DNA of 63,394 nt, counting the filler, from Globobulimina sp. (taxonomy: Eukaryota): assembly GCA_003354225.1 (NCBI GenBank). It is 43 parts of 43 records of this genome, joined end to end, with 100 filler letters (N's around TTAATTAATTAA, not from the genome) between each part and the next. Parts side by side here need not be neighbours in the genome. Positions count along the whole stretch, not along the records: positions 36,931 to 38,306 come from PIVH01017680.1; positions 38,407 to 39,782 come from PIVH01017681.1; positions 39,883 to 41,258 come from PIVH01017682.1; positions 41,359 to 42,734 come from PIVH01017683.1; positions 42,835 to 44,210 come from PIVH01017684.1; positions 44,311 to 45,686 come from PIVH01017685.1; positions 45,787 to 47,162 come from PIVH01017686.1; positions 47,263 to 48,638 come from PIVH01017687.1; 35 more parts are not named here. One strand, 5' to 3'. The position numbers and the translations under genes were made by a program. Below the pieces are notes generated by a model. That model made no database searches, was not told the DNA's origin, and was given only the letters and a program-made list of their open reading frames with translations. Every line of letters starts with the position of its first letter. The stretch's first letter is position 1. Shown piece after piece: positions 37,326 through 48,738 of this stretch.

Positions 37326-38306
37326 ATGTTGTTTGGTAAAAGATGTACTTTGTTTTATGTTTCCAGGCGATTCTGTGCACTGTACAGATGTAGAAAATGC
37401 GAGCTTGATCAAACTGTTTCTGGATTTTACAAAAACAAAAGGACAAAATGCGGATTGGATATATCATGCTGCAAAAATTGCCGATATAAGAGAGTATGCA
37501 CTCCAATTGCGTATTTCCAGAAATTAATAGGTAATGCAAAATCAAATCAAAAAAAAAGATACCACAAAAAAGGCATTGATCCTCCAAACTTTACTTTGAC
37601 GTACCAATATTTACATGATATGTATCGCAAGCAAAATGGAATCGGATTTTATAGCGGTATACAATTAGAACTAAAACCATTATCTGACTGGCAAACATCT
37701 CTGGAACATATAGATCCTGGTTGTGATTATGTTGAGAGCAATGTTGTGTTGGATGCAATGGAGTTTAATGGTGCATGTCAATGGACCACAGACAAAATCA
37801 TGCAAATACCATCCTTAATTCACGCATCAAATAATATTGCATTAGCTGATGTCAATAAAGCCAGAATAAAACCATCACACAAAGGAGAGCAAAAGCGGAG
37901 AATAGCACAAATCCAAGACAATACATGTTACTGTTATGACTGTGAGACATGGATATCGTGCAACGAATTCTATGCAAGTCATCGGACGAGATGTAAAATA
38001 TGTTGTATTGTAAAGTCAAGCAGACACATAAAAACACTTCGCGAATTCATGATGAATCTGTTGTGTAATGCGGGCAAACATGCTAAAAGGCGACAATCTA
38101 CCAAGAAAGACATAAGGAATGAATTTACAATATCTTTAGATGATTTATTTGATATTTTAAAGGAACAAGAGTTTAGATGTAAATATTCTGGAATTCCGAT
38201 GACGTTTCAACCTAACACTCATTGGAAGTGTTCACTCGAAAGGTTAAATAATATGAAAGGTTATACTCGAGATAATTGTGTATTGATATGTTGGGAATTT
38301 AACTCA
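37326..38306 (+). CDS. Tandem Zn-finger/HNH-like endonuclease-family protein with presequence-like N-terminus (3' truncated)
   Basis: Two units of CxxC..CxxC + helix + Q..xxxSGI + W..SLE(H/R)(I/L)....Y...N.VL...EFN; intronless. Confidence 0.78.
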
Positions 38307-38406
38307 NNNNNNNNNNNNNNNNNNNNNNNNNNNNNNNNNNNNNNNNNNNNTTAATTAATTAANNNNNNNNNNNNNNNNNNNNNNNNNNNNNNNNNNNNNN
38401 NNNNNN

Positions 38407-38955
38407 ACAAAACCTCGTTCGCTGGGTAGTGGTGCAGCAAAAAAATTAGATAGCAATATACAACAAATAGCATTATCACCGCGGATAACTTTAGTTGAAT
38501 GCATTGCGGCTGAACAAGTGACAGAAACTATTGTTTATTATTTAAAATTGGCCTCGAAGACAAATAAGAATAATGTAATTGGCGTGCCGTTATGTCCAGA
38601 AATAGAGGATATAAATGAGAAAAAGTTGCAATATTTATCATGTCTGCCACAGATTGGTTTTTGCGAAGCAGTGTGGTTGCTTCGTGAGTTCAATTTTAGT
38701 ATTTCAAATATAATTAATTCGACAGCGAAACAATTAGCAAAAGCTGTACCTTCCTTAACATTTAATGACAGGCATATTTTCATTAAAACATTAATGACTC
38801 ATAAATGGCAAAAAAATGAACAAAATGAAAATAAATACCAATCGTACATGGAATTGTCGAGTGCTGTAAAATTAAAACAAAATATGCAACGAAATCAAAA
38901 AAAGGATAACGACAATGAACGTGATAATAATTCTGCCAGTAATCCATATTTATAA
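38407..38955 (+). CDS. ERCC1/FAAP24-like protein with (HhH)2 domain, 3' part
   Basis: LSCLPQIGFCEAVWLLREFNFSISNIINSTAKQL. Confidence 0.55.
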   Translation, partial: TKPRSLGSGAAKKLDSNIQQIALSPRITLVECIAAEQVTETIVYYLKLASKTNKNNVIGVPLCPEIEDINEKKLQYLSCLPQIGFCEAVWLLREFNFSISNIINSTAKQLAKAVPSLTFNDRHIFIKTLMTHKWQKNEQNENKYQSYMELSSAVKLKQNMQRNQKKDNDNERDNNSASNPYL

Positions 38956-39167
38956 TTGTTTTCTTCCACAAATAAATCATTAATATGTCAAACAATCGTC
39001 TTCATGCAAATACACATTCCTTGTATCAAAATTATCCTTACCGTTTTCTGCATTTCCCATCCAAAAACTCTAGTAAGTAAACTAGTGTCAGTAGTGATCG
39101 AATACTACGAACATTTTTATTTTGTATTAAAAAAAAGCGTGTTAAAAATAAATATGTTTAGAATAAA

Positions 39168-39782
39168 CTAAATTATATTATTAATACAATTATATTTTCT
39201 CTGACGATGTTGTTGGTGTTGATGATGATGTTGATAACCACCAACTAATTTATATTGATAAACGATTTTTGATTCAATCTCATTCATTTCTTGTTGAGAA
39301 ATACCATTTCTTTTTTTAGTCACAAACACTTCACAACATCTTACATCGTGATTAATATTTGGATCATCATCAACATACAATGTATTATTCGGCGAAACAT
39401 TATATTGTTTACATAACATTTGAATCACCATATTTTTTGAATACTTGACGCCTTTCGCGGATGTATACGCATGGACTTTATTTAAAATATTATGTTCATT
39501 ACCTATTATTACATCAAAGTAATGATTAATGTTTACATTAATTGCATTAAATACTTTATGTAAAGTTTCCTTTTCATGAAATGAATGCAAAACAATGCCT
39601 AAATTTGGTTTATATTTACTTAATGTATTAAAATGATTTTTTATGGAATCAATGCGTTTTAATTTCCAACCAATCCGTCTGATTTGTTCAACACTTAATT
39701 CTGAGAGGTATTTATTTGGATTTACTTGTGATTGACAGTCTCGATACAATCTCTGTGCATAAACAGTGCCATCAAAATCATA
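39168..39782 (-). CDS. HAD-superfamily phosphatase (5' truncated)
   Basis: Motif I YDFDGT at the contig edge, Lys in YSKN, motif IV LYVDDD. Confidence 0.75.
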   Translation of the reverse strand, partial: YDFDGTVYAQRLYRDCQSQVNPNKYLSELSVEQIRRIGWKLKRIDSIKNHFNTLSKYKPNLGIVLHSFHEKETLHKVFNAINVNINHYFDVIIGNEHNILNKVHAYTSAKGVKYSKNMVIQMLCKQYNVSPNNTLYVDDDPNINHDVRCCEVFVTKKRNGISQQEMNEIESKIVYQYKLVGGYQHHHQHQQHRQRKYNCINNII

Positions 39783-39935
39783 NNNNNNNNNNNNNNNNNN
39801 NNNNNNNNNNNNNNNNNNNNNNNNNNTTAATTAATTAANNNNNNNNNNNNNNNNNNNNNNNNNNNNNNNNNNNNNNNNNNNNATACTATGCTATATAATG
39901 ATATAAATATACTTATATAATTCTTACTTTCTCAC

Positions 39936-41139
39936 TCATATTCTTATATAAAAATTCTTAATGCTCTTACTGTACTTAAATAAAATATGGTGTTGCCTTG
40001 CCCCATCTGGTGCCATTGAAATATTTGTATGCATTGACCGCACGGCCCCTCGTAGGGTGTCGCGGAGAAGCCCTATTTTCGGTTTACATGTCTTCCCAGA
40101 CACGAAAATAAAAGTTTCGAAAAAATAAAAAAAAATAAAAAAAATTTTCCCATAGCGGGGATCCAACCCCTCCGAGATGTTGCGATAGAGCTTAACTGAT
40201 ATTACCATCGTGTCGGGGATGTAAAATAACCCCTACGTTCCAATTTTTAGCCCAAACGAGCAACTATTTAGAATTATATGGCAATTGTTCTATGTGATTT
40301 TCTAGTAAAACATGAATTTTTTACAAAAATCGATTTTGGCCGGGCAGAAAAAAAACTTTTTAGGGGACATGCGATATACGGTTCGATAGCTCTTGATGAG
40401 CTCTATCGATCTGTGTGGGCTTTTAATTCTGCGCCTCTTCGTTTGGGCGCAATACTAGTTTAAAGTTGATCGACTAGACGTCTTCGGTGTACCTGGTTGT
40501 GTTGAAATTGTCGATTTGGCTCCGCGTGTAATCGGTTAGGTAAGTTTCGCATAGGAATGGATAGAGTGGATCATGGGGATTATTTTGAGCTTTTTTCGGA
40601 CGAATTTCGACCATTTTTCGAATAGTTGTGTCGATTTTTGTGAAAAGTTGATGTTGGCGAAAAAGTCGATTTTGGACGAAAAACGCAAACGAGTGTAACT
40701 TGACCAAAAATCGAGCGACGGGAAAATTTTTTTTTTGAAATCGAAAGTATGGGTCGAGAGGAAGCTAATGGTGTCATTCCCAGGTCTCTATCATGTTTTG
40801 GGGATAAATGGCGCACCTTTGAAGTAGGTGCCCAAAATGGACCCCAGGTTTTTATTGGATTTCGAATTGTCTCCCACCCTCAGGGCTGACCCGTAGGACG
40901 GGGTAGGTGGTCCAGTGTAGCAAAGTGTTACCTCTACCCAACCACCAAGTTTTATTAGCCAGGCTCAATTGGTTGGTGCAGGAGAACTTTTGAGGCTAGG
41001 TGGGACATCGCATATTTCAGCCATATATGCTAGTTGGGCCCCCCCTGGTTAGGGACAATCTATACATTATCAATTATAAATAAAACAAACATAAAATTAT
41101 TGGGCCATATCGTTCCGCGAAGCGGAACGGGTTGACTAG
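39936..41139 (+). mobile_element. Putative non-autonomous Helitron
   Basis: 3' hairpin CGTTCCGC-GAA-GCGGAACG (41111-41129) then CTAG|T (41136-41140). Candidate 5' end TCATATTCTTATATAAAAA is less certain. Non-coding interior. Confidence 0.65.
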
Positions 41140-41714
41140 TGTCACATGACCAGAAAAATCTATCGCCAAGACCCCTAAATTCCCCTCTAGTCTCGCTCAC
41201 ATTAATTATTATTTAAGAATTGTGTAAGGCGCACTGCCGTATTTAAGCTTGTTATTGTNNNNNNNNNNNNNNNNNNNNNNNNNNNNNNNNNNNNNNNNNN
41301 NNTTAATTAATTAANNNNNNNNNNNNNNNNNNNNNNNNNNNNNNNNNNNNNNNNNNNNATATTGTTGTGCTAAATAAGCTTGCGTTAAAAGCCCACAACT
41401 CAGGTCTAAATTGCAATAAATTGCAATAACCATATACCTAGGTCCTAGGTCCAAATTATATTGCGCAATATAAGAACGACCCCTTAAAAAGGTTGATATT
41501 AAAAAAAATGCAGCATTTATGTGCAGAAAAAACATTTTTATAATATTTTATCAAACGCAAAGTCCTTGCAAACAAGTTTTAAAACAAGCACCATTCCAAC
41601 TATATTCAATTTCTTAATTTGGTGCACCTGCTTTCTATTTAGTTTTCTTTTTTGTTGTAGGCCATACAGAAGGCCATCATTTTCTTAATCGCAAATTCAT
41701 TTAATTCATCTCTC

Positions 41715-41861
41715 AAGAGCATCCGGTTTTCAGCGTCAGATTTTTATTGGGGTAAGGTAGATGCAAACCGTTTCTGGTGACTGACAAAGGCAAAAATTAT
41801 ATAGGTTTGCCTTTGTTTCTACAAAACAATAATAATCTGACGTTGAAAACAGGATGCTCTT
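41715..41861. mobile_element. MITE-like element with 28-bp terminal inverted repeats
   Basis: AAGAGCATCCGGTTTTCAGCGTCAGATT vs AATCTGACGTTGAAAACAGGATGCTCTT (2 mismatches). Confidence 0.6.
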
Positions 41862-41976
41862 TACAATTCATGTAATTTATTTATATAATTCATTTCTTAA
41901 TTTCCAATCATTTGCAATTTGCTTAATTCCCAATTCATTTATATTTCATTATATCCATTTCCTTGCTTGTATTGGT

Positions 41977-42044
41977 TGGAGTTGCCTCAGGATTTGAACC
42001 TGAATCTCTGGACGCATCCAGTGCTCTTCTTGAGCTAGGCGACG
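41977..42044 (-). repeat. tRNA-like element, copy 2
   Basis: CGTCGCC-TA-GCTCAAGAAGAGC-A-CTGGA-TGCG-TCCAG-AGAT-TCAGGTTCAAATCCTGA-GGCAACT-CCA; the anticodon loop is only 4 nt. Confidence 0.75.
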
Positions 42045-42227
42045 GCATTGAAACCATATTTGTTGATACCTTTTGTCTCCCCTTTGTTGTCCAGGCAGTT
42101 TCTTTATGCATGAAATTTCTGACAACATAGATGCTTCAGCACCGTGGATTTTTTTTTAATTCTTCTAATATGCATAGATATGCATAAGCAACAACACCTG
42201 AGCTCGGTAGGTGCTGTACTCATACCA

Positions 42228-42326
42228 TACTCAAAGCGAACCAGGTTTTCAGCTTGGTTACATATTCTTGTTATTTTAGTATTCTTGAATATGTAGCCAA
42301 GTAGAAAACCTGGTTCACTTTGAGTA
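42228..42326. repeat. Foldback: 40-bp arms, 19-nt spacer
   Basis: 42228-42267 is the reverse complement of 42287-42326 with 4 mismatches. Confidence 0.8.
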
Positions 42327-42834
42327 CCGAGTAAGTATATCTGTCAAAACAAAACACATTATAAAACAACACAAAACATGATAAAACAGTGATGAAACCA
42401 AGGCTGCAATAATTTGACGAAAAACAAGGCTGCAGTAACACTTTCCAACTCATCTGTCCTTAAGTCAGGAATTGATGAATTATCTGTCCTTAAGTCGAAC
42501 AAATTTTTAGAAAAAAATTGATACTAGGAAAATCAAGAGTTTTGAGCGACAAAAAGCAGACAACAATCTCGATATAACACATTATCATTTCCCATGTGTT
42601 TTTCCAACTAAGTGTTTTTCGAGACCGTTACATTTAAAGTCTACTTATGTCTAAGAGGATTGCTTGCCAGCAGCGTGGATTAATTAAAAGTCCTCACTCT
42701 ATTGCCTCTACTGTCTCTCCATATGGTTTATAATNNNNNNNNNNNNNNNNNNNNNNNNNNNNNNNNNNNNNNNNNNNNTTAATTAATTAANNNNNNNNNN
42801 NNNNNNNNNNNNNNNNNNNNNNNNNNNNNNNNNN

Positions 42835-44210
42835 AAGATGCCCTCCACTGTGATGACAAATTTAAAAGTGAATGACGACGGATGTATAATCATTAAAAAC
42901 GAGGATATCAACACTTTGTATAATAATATTCATGTTATTGCAGTGGATGATTGTGTGAGTAAATACAAATCACATTCATTATATGCCTCCATTGCGGATA
43001 TTAAACAAAAAGATGTACAGAAATATAGAGATAATCGACAGATTATTAATGAAGAAAGTATAGAAAATCTGGATAAAGTTGTATTAAAACAAGAGAATCG
43101 ATCGATTATTTTATTGGAGAAAGATGTGAAACATAGAATTGATGATTTTAAATCGTGTGAGATTGAAAGTTATGACACAGTTAAAGATATTTTTAGTTTA
43201 TTATCGGCATTATCAAAGGAAAACGGATTGGAATCTGATTTAAAGAAATGGTCGTTTTTGAGTGATTGGGATGGATTGGAACAACAACAAAAATTAAACA
43301 AATATGATGAGTTTTTCTGTCACGAATTAAACTTATTTTTATTGCTTAAAGATCGCGCATTTTTTGATGAAACTGTACGGCCATTAATTGCTGCAAAATT
43401 AAGGAAAGATTTGATGGATTATTTCTTATTGAATGACACTGCAAAGTTACAGAAATATGCGCAAAACCATTTATTTAAACAATTGAATCCGTTGGAGAAA
43501 ATATTGTTAGCCTTTACATTGAAAGATGATGGATTACGTAAGAAGACATTGGCATATTTTGAAAATCAACAGAAAATATTAAAAGTCAGTCCTCAGAGAC
43601 TTGATAAATTATTCCGTACAGCCTTAGCAGAGAAACAATTGGCACAATCCGCGGAAGATGAAGATGAAAGAGGTGAAGAAGATGATGACTCTCGTAATCG
43701 CGCCACATTAATGCAAGTTATTAACGTGAACGCACTAAACCCAGCAGCACCACAAAGCAGAGCGATGTTTGGTTATGGAGGTGGAGGTGGAATGCAACTG
43801 CAGTCACTTGGTTTTGCCGCACAACGCGCACCGCCACAAAGAAAGAATTTAATGTCGACGAACACCGCTATGAATGAATATGAGCCCACCATCGAGGACT
43901 CATACCAAGCAATGGATGTCAGTGCAATTACCATGTTTAAGGCAAAGAGTTCAGGCTTGAAAAGCCAGAAAATGGGTGGCTTATTTAGAAAGAAAAGGAA
44001 GCGACGCAGTAAAAAAGAAAAGCAGAAAAATGTATATAGAAAACAATGTGCATACTCAATGGAGATGGAGATGGAGGACGAGAAAATTGAGATGGATATG
44101 ATGAGGGATATAATGGATACACCACAGTTATATCAGGAGATTGCGGCAACAAAAGAATATCAGGAAACGTATTGGTTTGCGGTTAAATATGAAGACGATA
44201 CGAGTGACTT
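42835..44210 (+). CDS. Large conserved hypothetical protein (internal fragment) containing a Ras switch-I-like peptide
   Basis: Conserved-looking block W..L....K...Y..F.CHELNLFL..KD..FF...V.P....K..KD..D..LL; EYEPTIEDSY at 43876-43905. Confidence 0.75.
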
Positions 44211-45272
44211 NNNNNNNNNNNNNNNNNNNNNNNNNNNNNNNNNNNNNNNNNNNNTTAATTAATTAANNNNNNNNNNNNNNNNNNNNNNNNNNNNNNNNNN
44301 NNNNNNNNNNGTTTCATGAAAATATTAGTTCGAATTCCAATCCTGTGTTTGCATACATAATTTTTTTACAATAAAATAAAGATATTAATTTTAGCAATTT
44401 TTGTTTTTTCATGGCAACTTCAAATGTACGGTTTGGTTTGTTTATGTATTTTAATTGGTGAATGAGTTAACCGTCGCAAATGATGTAAATGCAAAGTAAG
44501 AAATGTATGTTGAGGACAGTGATGATGGCGACAGTGATTTATAGAGAGATGGCGAATTTAAAGGATTGTTTTTTTTCTATATGTATTGATTATTTTGAGA
44601 TTAAAAGCACACAAATAACGCATACACAAATTACCAACAGAATCGAAAATACGCATTATTTAAAAAAGTGGAAAAAAAGCAATTTACTTCACTTTGGATT
44701 CAAATCAAATCAAATAATGCCTAAATATTAACATTTAAAGCACATGATCACGTACACAAAGTGCCGTATTTCCGTATTTCTGATACAATAAACACTCATA
44801 AAATGAAAATACAGCAAATGCCTCTGACGTGAAAATAATGGCTTTAAATACAATGGAAAATAATGAAAATTTAAATAAAATACCAAATGAGAAAATTATT
44901 GAAATACAGCATATTGCATTAGCATAAAACAGCAATTGACTGCCAAAAAACAAAAAAATAATGAATATCATATGTGTATTAATAATCAATTTTACAATGC
45001 AAATGTATGCAAAGTACATAAACGGTGCAAAAAAAAAGACTGAGCTAACAAAGCAAACCTTCCTTTTCGCCAAAAAAAATAGAATCACAACAATTAAATA
45101 TTGAATGAGACTCAGTCGTAATCCCAAATCGTCACAATAAAGAACACAAAACGGTCAAATCCCCGAAACAAGGGAAGGTTTGCAAAATGAAACGGTTTTC
45201 ACAACTAAAACTTCAACTAAATACGAAGCAACTCGCCAACTCTTACTATTCGTACTACCAATATCAACATCA

Positions 45273-45686
45273 ATGTCTTCAGGTTTCTATATATATCTCA
45301 ATCACAACAAAATCAAACACATATAAATAAATAAAGGAGACCGAAGAAACAGAGGCAGGGACCGGGTATAACACATAAAACTATAATATACAAATAAACA
45401 ATCTCCGATACAAACATACACACACTCAGCGGACTGATAGTCGCGACTCAGACCCAGACCGCAGACAACGTCAATACTCCCCATCGCATGTTCGCGGACA
45501 TCAACAAGCTCGCGGTATTATTCTATCCGCATACAAAACATATACACATACAAATTACTACTGTACAAGGTGCCAGATACGATCCTTTCGGAGGTACTCG
45601 CGGTGGACGCGATTTTCGATCGCAACGGCATGATGACAGAGGCCGTGGTGGATACCGTGGAGGTGGTGGTGGCAGAGGCAGAGGCT
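45273..45686 (+). CDS. RS/RGG-rich RNA-binding protein, first four exons
   Basis: Three short GT-AG introns give MSSGDRRNRGRDRRTDSRDSDPDRRQRQYSPSH...RGRGGYRGGGGGRGRG. Confidence 0.7.
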
Positions 45687-46245
45687 NNNNNNNNNNNNNN
45701 NNNNNNNNNNNNNNNNNNNNNNNNNNNNNNTTAATTAATTAANNNNNNNNNNNNNNNNNNNNNNNNNNNNNNNNNNNNNNNNNNNNGTACCGGGCGCTTT
45801 TCACCACATATGGTGAAAATAAACATGTACACATTCACCTTTTTTAAACTGCTGAAATGAATTAATATATTACATGTTGGTCGATGATATGAAGCACCCA
45901 ACAACGTATATAATACAAAACGATGCATATCCTGCATTTATTATACATTATCGATTGAGATGAGATGAGATTAAGTATTTTCAAGTGGAAGAAGTGCCAA
46001 CCATCACGCCACTTGTTTTGAATTTTTGTAGTTTTCGTGTTTTTGTTGATTTAATATTTTAATTTGAATATTATTTTAAGTAAGAGAATTGTAAGAGGTG
46101 CCAATGTCTGAAGTATGGAAGTATTTTTAATCAAGTAAAAAACCAGGATTTACAACTTTGTGATTTAGTCAATGTAACAGCAAAGCTGTAAATCCTCTGA
46201 CATGCCAAAGAGACAATGAGTTTTGTAACCAGTTTAATAATTTGG

Positions 46246-47162
46246 TTATTGTTTCATTTGTTTGATTGTTTTCATTTTAAAAGAACAGAAATGGAATTTA
46301 TCCTCAATTTTTATTGCATTTCCATAGCTATCCCTTGGAATATATCCATTAAAATAGAAATTTAATGTTTTTTTATCCAATTCAGACCAAAAAGCAAGTT
46401 GTAAATTCAATTGATTTAATATTGTTTTCAATTTCCAATTACAAAATTGCCCTTTTAACAATAAAATATGTATTTCACCGTTCTCACTCAAACAATTGCA
46501 AATCGATCGCAATATCTCCAACAACAATGCGTAATTCTCTTCATTATATCTGATTTGACTCCAATATTCTTCGTGAATGCGCGGCAATGTAAATAGGACC
46601 ACATCAAACCTATTTATTGTCTTAAGCTTTTTATTAATATTCCATTTCTCCCCCGTCATTGCTAAATATTTAGCATCAACTCCAAATGTTATCTTTGCGC
46701 CTGCATTTTTGCAATATTTTAAGTTATCCAAAAACGATGAAAATTGTGCCAAACCAATCTCGTGTGGAATGCCGTTGTACCATTGGGAGATATAATAATA
46801 CCACGACGTCGAACACAGATTATTGCCGCCGCCACGTTTGCATATCAATGATTTTGTAAATGAAAAATCACATTCCCCACAAATCAATGTAGAGCCATTC
46901 ACATTGTAAACAAAATTATCTATGGACACCTTCAAATTCCCATAATCACTCAATTTCTTAATCTCAAACTCAAACTCAGTTAATTGAGTTGGTGGAATAA
47001 TGGAATTGCATTCATTATAATTTATATTATTTATCTGTGACAGTGACATTAATGCTGGATTGACGCCTAAATAAATAAATCGATTGGTTTTACTAAAACT
47101 AATGTTATCAGATTGGTCCAAGAATGAAGCTATTTCACCAATTGACCTTTTTGGTAATTTTT
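46246..47162 (-). CDS. DUF2431/BMT5-like rRNA (uridine-N3) methyltransferase domain protein
   Basis: LICGECDFSFTKSL, ITFGVDA, FDVVLFTLP, LSENGEIHI. Confidence 0.75.
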
Positions 47163-47262
47163 NNNNNNNNNNNNNNNNNNNNNNNNNNNNNNNNNNNNNN
47201 NNNNNNTTAATTAATTAANNNNNNNNNNNNNNNNNNNNNNNNNNNNNNNNNNNNNNNNNNNN

Positions 47263-47962
47263 TATGAAATGGCAAATTAAATTAATTGAAGAGATGATAG
47301 AATGCAAATGCAATGGTAAAGATATTGTGGGCTTACAATCTCCACAAGAAATTGGCGAGGCATTTGAATCAATATCAAGGAATAAAAGATTATGTGATGA
47401 GTTATTTGTAAATATCAAATTACTGAAATCAAAACAATCACAAAAAGGCAATAAATTCAAAATCAACATATCCAGCCACGATAAGAGAATAACATTAAAT
47501 CGGAGAGTAGCCAAATATGAAACTGTTGGAGAAATTAAAAAATTATATAAAGAACAATATGGTGTTGAGGCAAATTTAGACGATATTCAGCTTTATTCAA
47601 AGCGAAAGAATTTGCCAACCTGGGTATGTTTTGTTTTTTTGATATCAGAATATGTAGTTTTTATTATGTATATACTGCATAATAATAAATAGAAAACGCT
47701 CCAACAAGTCGGTATTACAGATGATCGACATTTGATTACTGTGAAATTCACAACGAATGGCGTAGTTGCACCTAAATGTCCGTGCGGGATGCTTTTACAA
47801 CAAATGTTGTCATCAACATGTTATGAGGGTGGTGGAGTTATTTGTGATGTATGTTTGAAACCTATTGGAGGCAATGAATATGCGTATCATTGTGCTGCAA
47901 AAAAAACTGAAGCGCATGGAAATGGATATGATATTTGTGTAAAATGTACAGCTAACCTTTAA
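47263..47962 (+). CDS. Ubiquitin-like domain + C-terminal Cys/His zinc finger protein (intron at about 47624-47692)
   Basis: ETVGEIKKLY..IQLY..L..KTLQQVGI; CPCG..CDVC..YHC..H..GYDICVKC. Confidence 0.65.
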
Positions 47963-48426
47963 ATACGATATGATCAATAATACACTCGTAAAATATAAAA
48001 AAGATGTATCATGTACGTTTTCTCACCTATGTAAAATTTTAATTGTTGCATATATTATTATACATTTAGTTATTAGTTAAGTAGCTCTTGTACAATATGT
48101 TATAGTGCATGTTTTTCAATTATTGTATTGCCGTTCATTTGGAAACCGTTTCTTTCTAGTTCAAAATCAGCACATTCATTCGTTAAAGTATGAATTTAAG
48201 AGCAATTATGGTTGCAATTTGCGACAATATCTATCCACCACAACATCTTCTCGACCGGAGCTAAATCCTTAAAGAAATTGATAACAATTCATCCGTGATA
48301 TTAAAATCTAGGTCTTGCTCAAATGTTGTGATATTATAACAATTGTTGTAATAACTGCGAGAAAAGAGTAGATTGACAAAGCAGCATTGTTCACTAAAAC
48401 GTTTTTTAAAAAAACGCGTGTCGGAC

Positions 48427-48531
48427 TATATACTTTCCCCGTACTTTGGTTTATATGGATTATCTTTTAGATTATCCTCGCACACCAAGAGATGATGATA
48501 ACAATACATAGGCTCTACGGGAAAGTATATA
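48427..48531. repeat. Small MITE-like element, ~16-bp inverted termini
   Basis: TATATACTTTCCCCGTA ... TACGGGAAAGTATATA. Confidence 0.5.
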
Positions 48532-48738
48532 AAATAGTATTGTATATTATAAAATTAATACAACTTTTCATTGCAGTCTATGTAGTGGCTAGGCAATGAA
48601 CTGTTGGTTTGTCACTTTGTAGAAGCTGTTATTTATTTNNNNNNNNNNNNNNNNNNNNNNNNNNNNNNNNNNNNNNNNNNNNTTAATTAATTAANNNNNN
48701 NNNNNNNNNNNNNNNNNNNNNNNNNNNNNNNNNNNNNN

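Noticed and set aside
39936-40816. Short ORFs in the Helitron-like contig
   Set aside because: No motifs; overlapping on both strands in repeat DNA.
44735-45127. Hydrophobic 130-aa ORF
   Set aside because: No ATG start and its composition follows from T-rich sequence. It cannot be supported as a gene, although a small membrane protein is not excluded.
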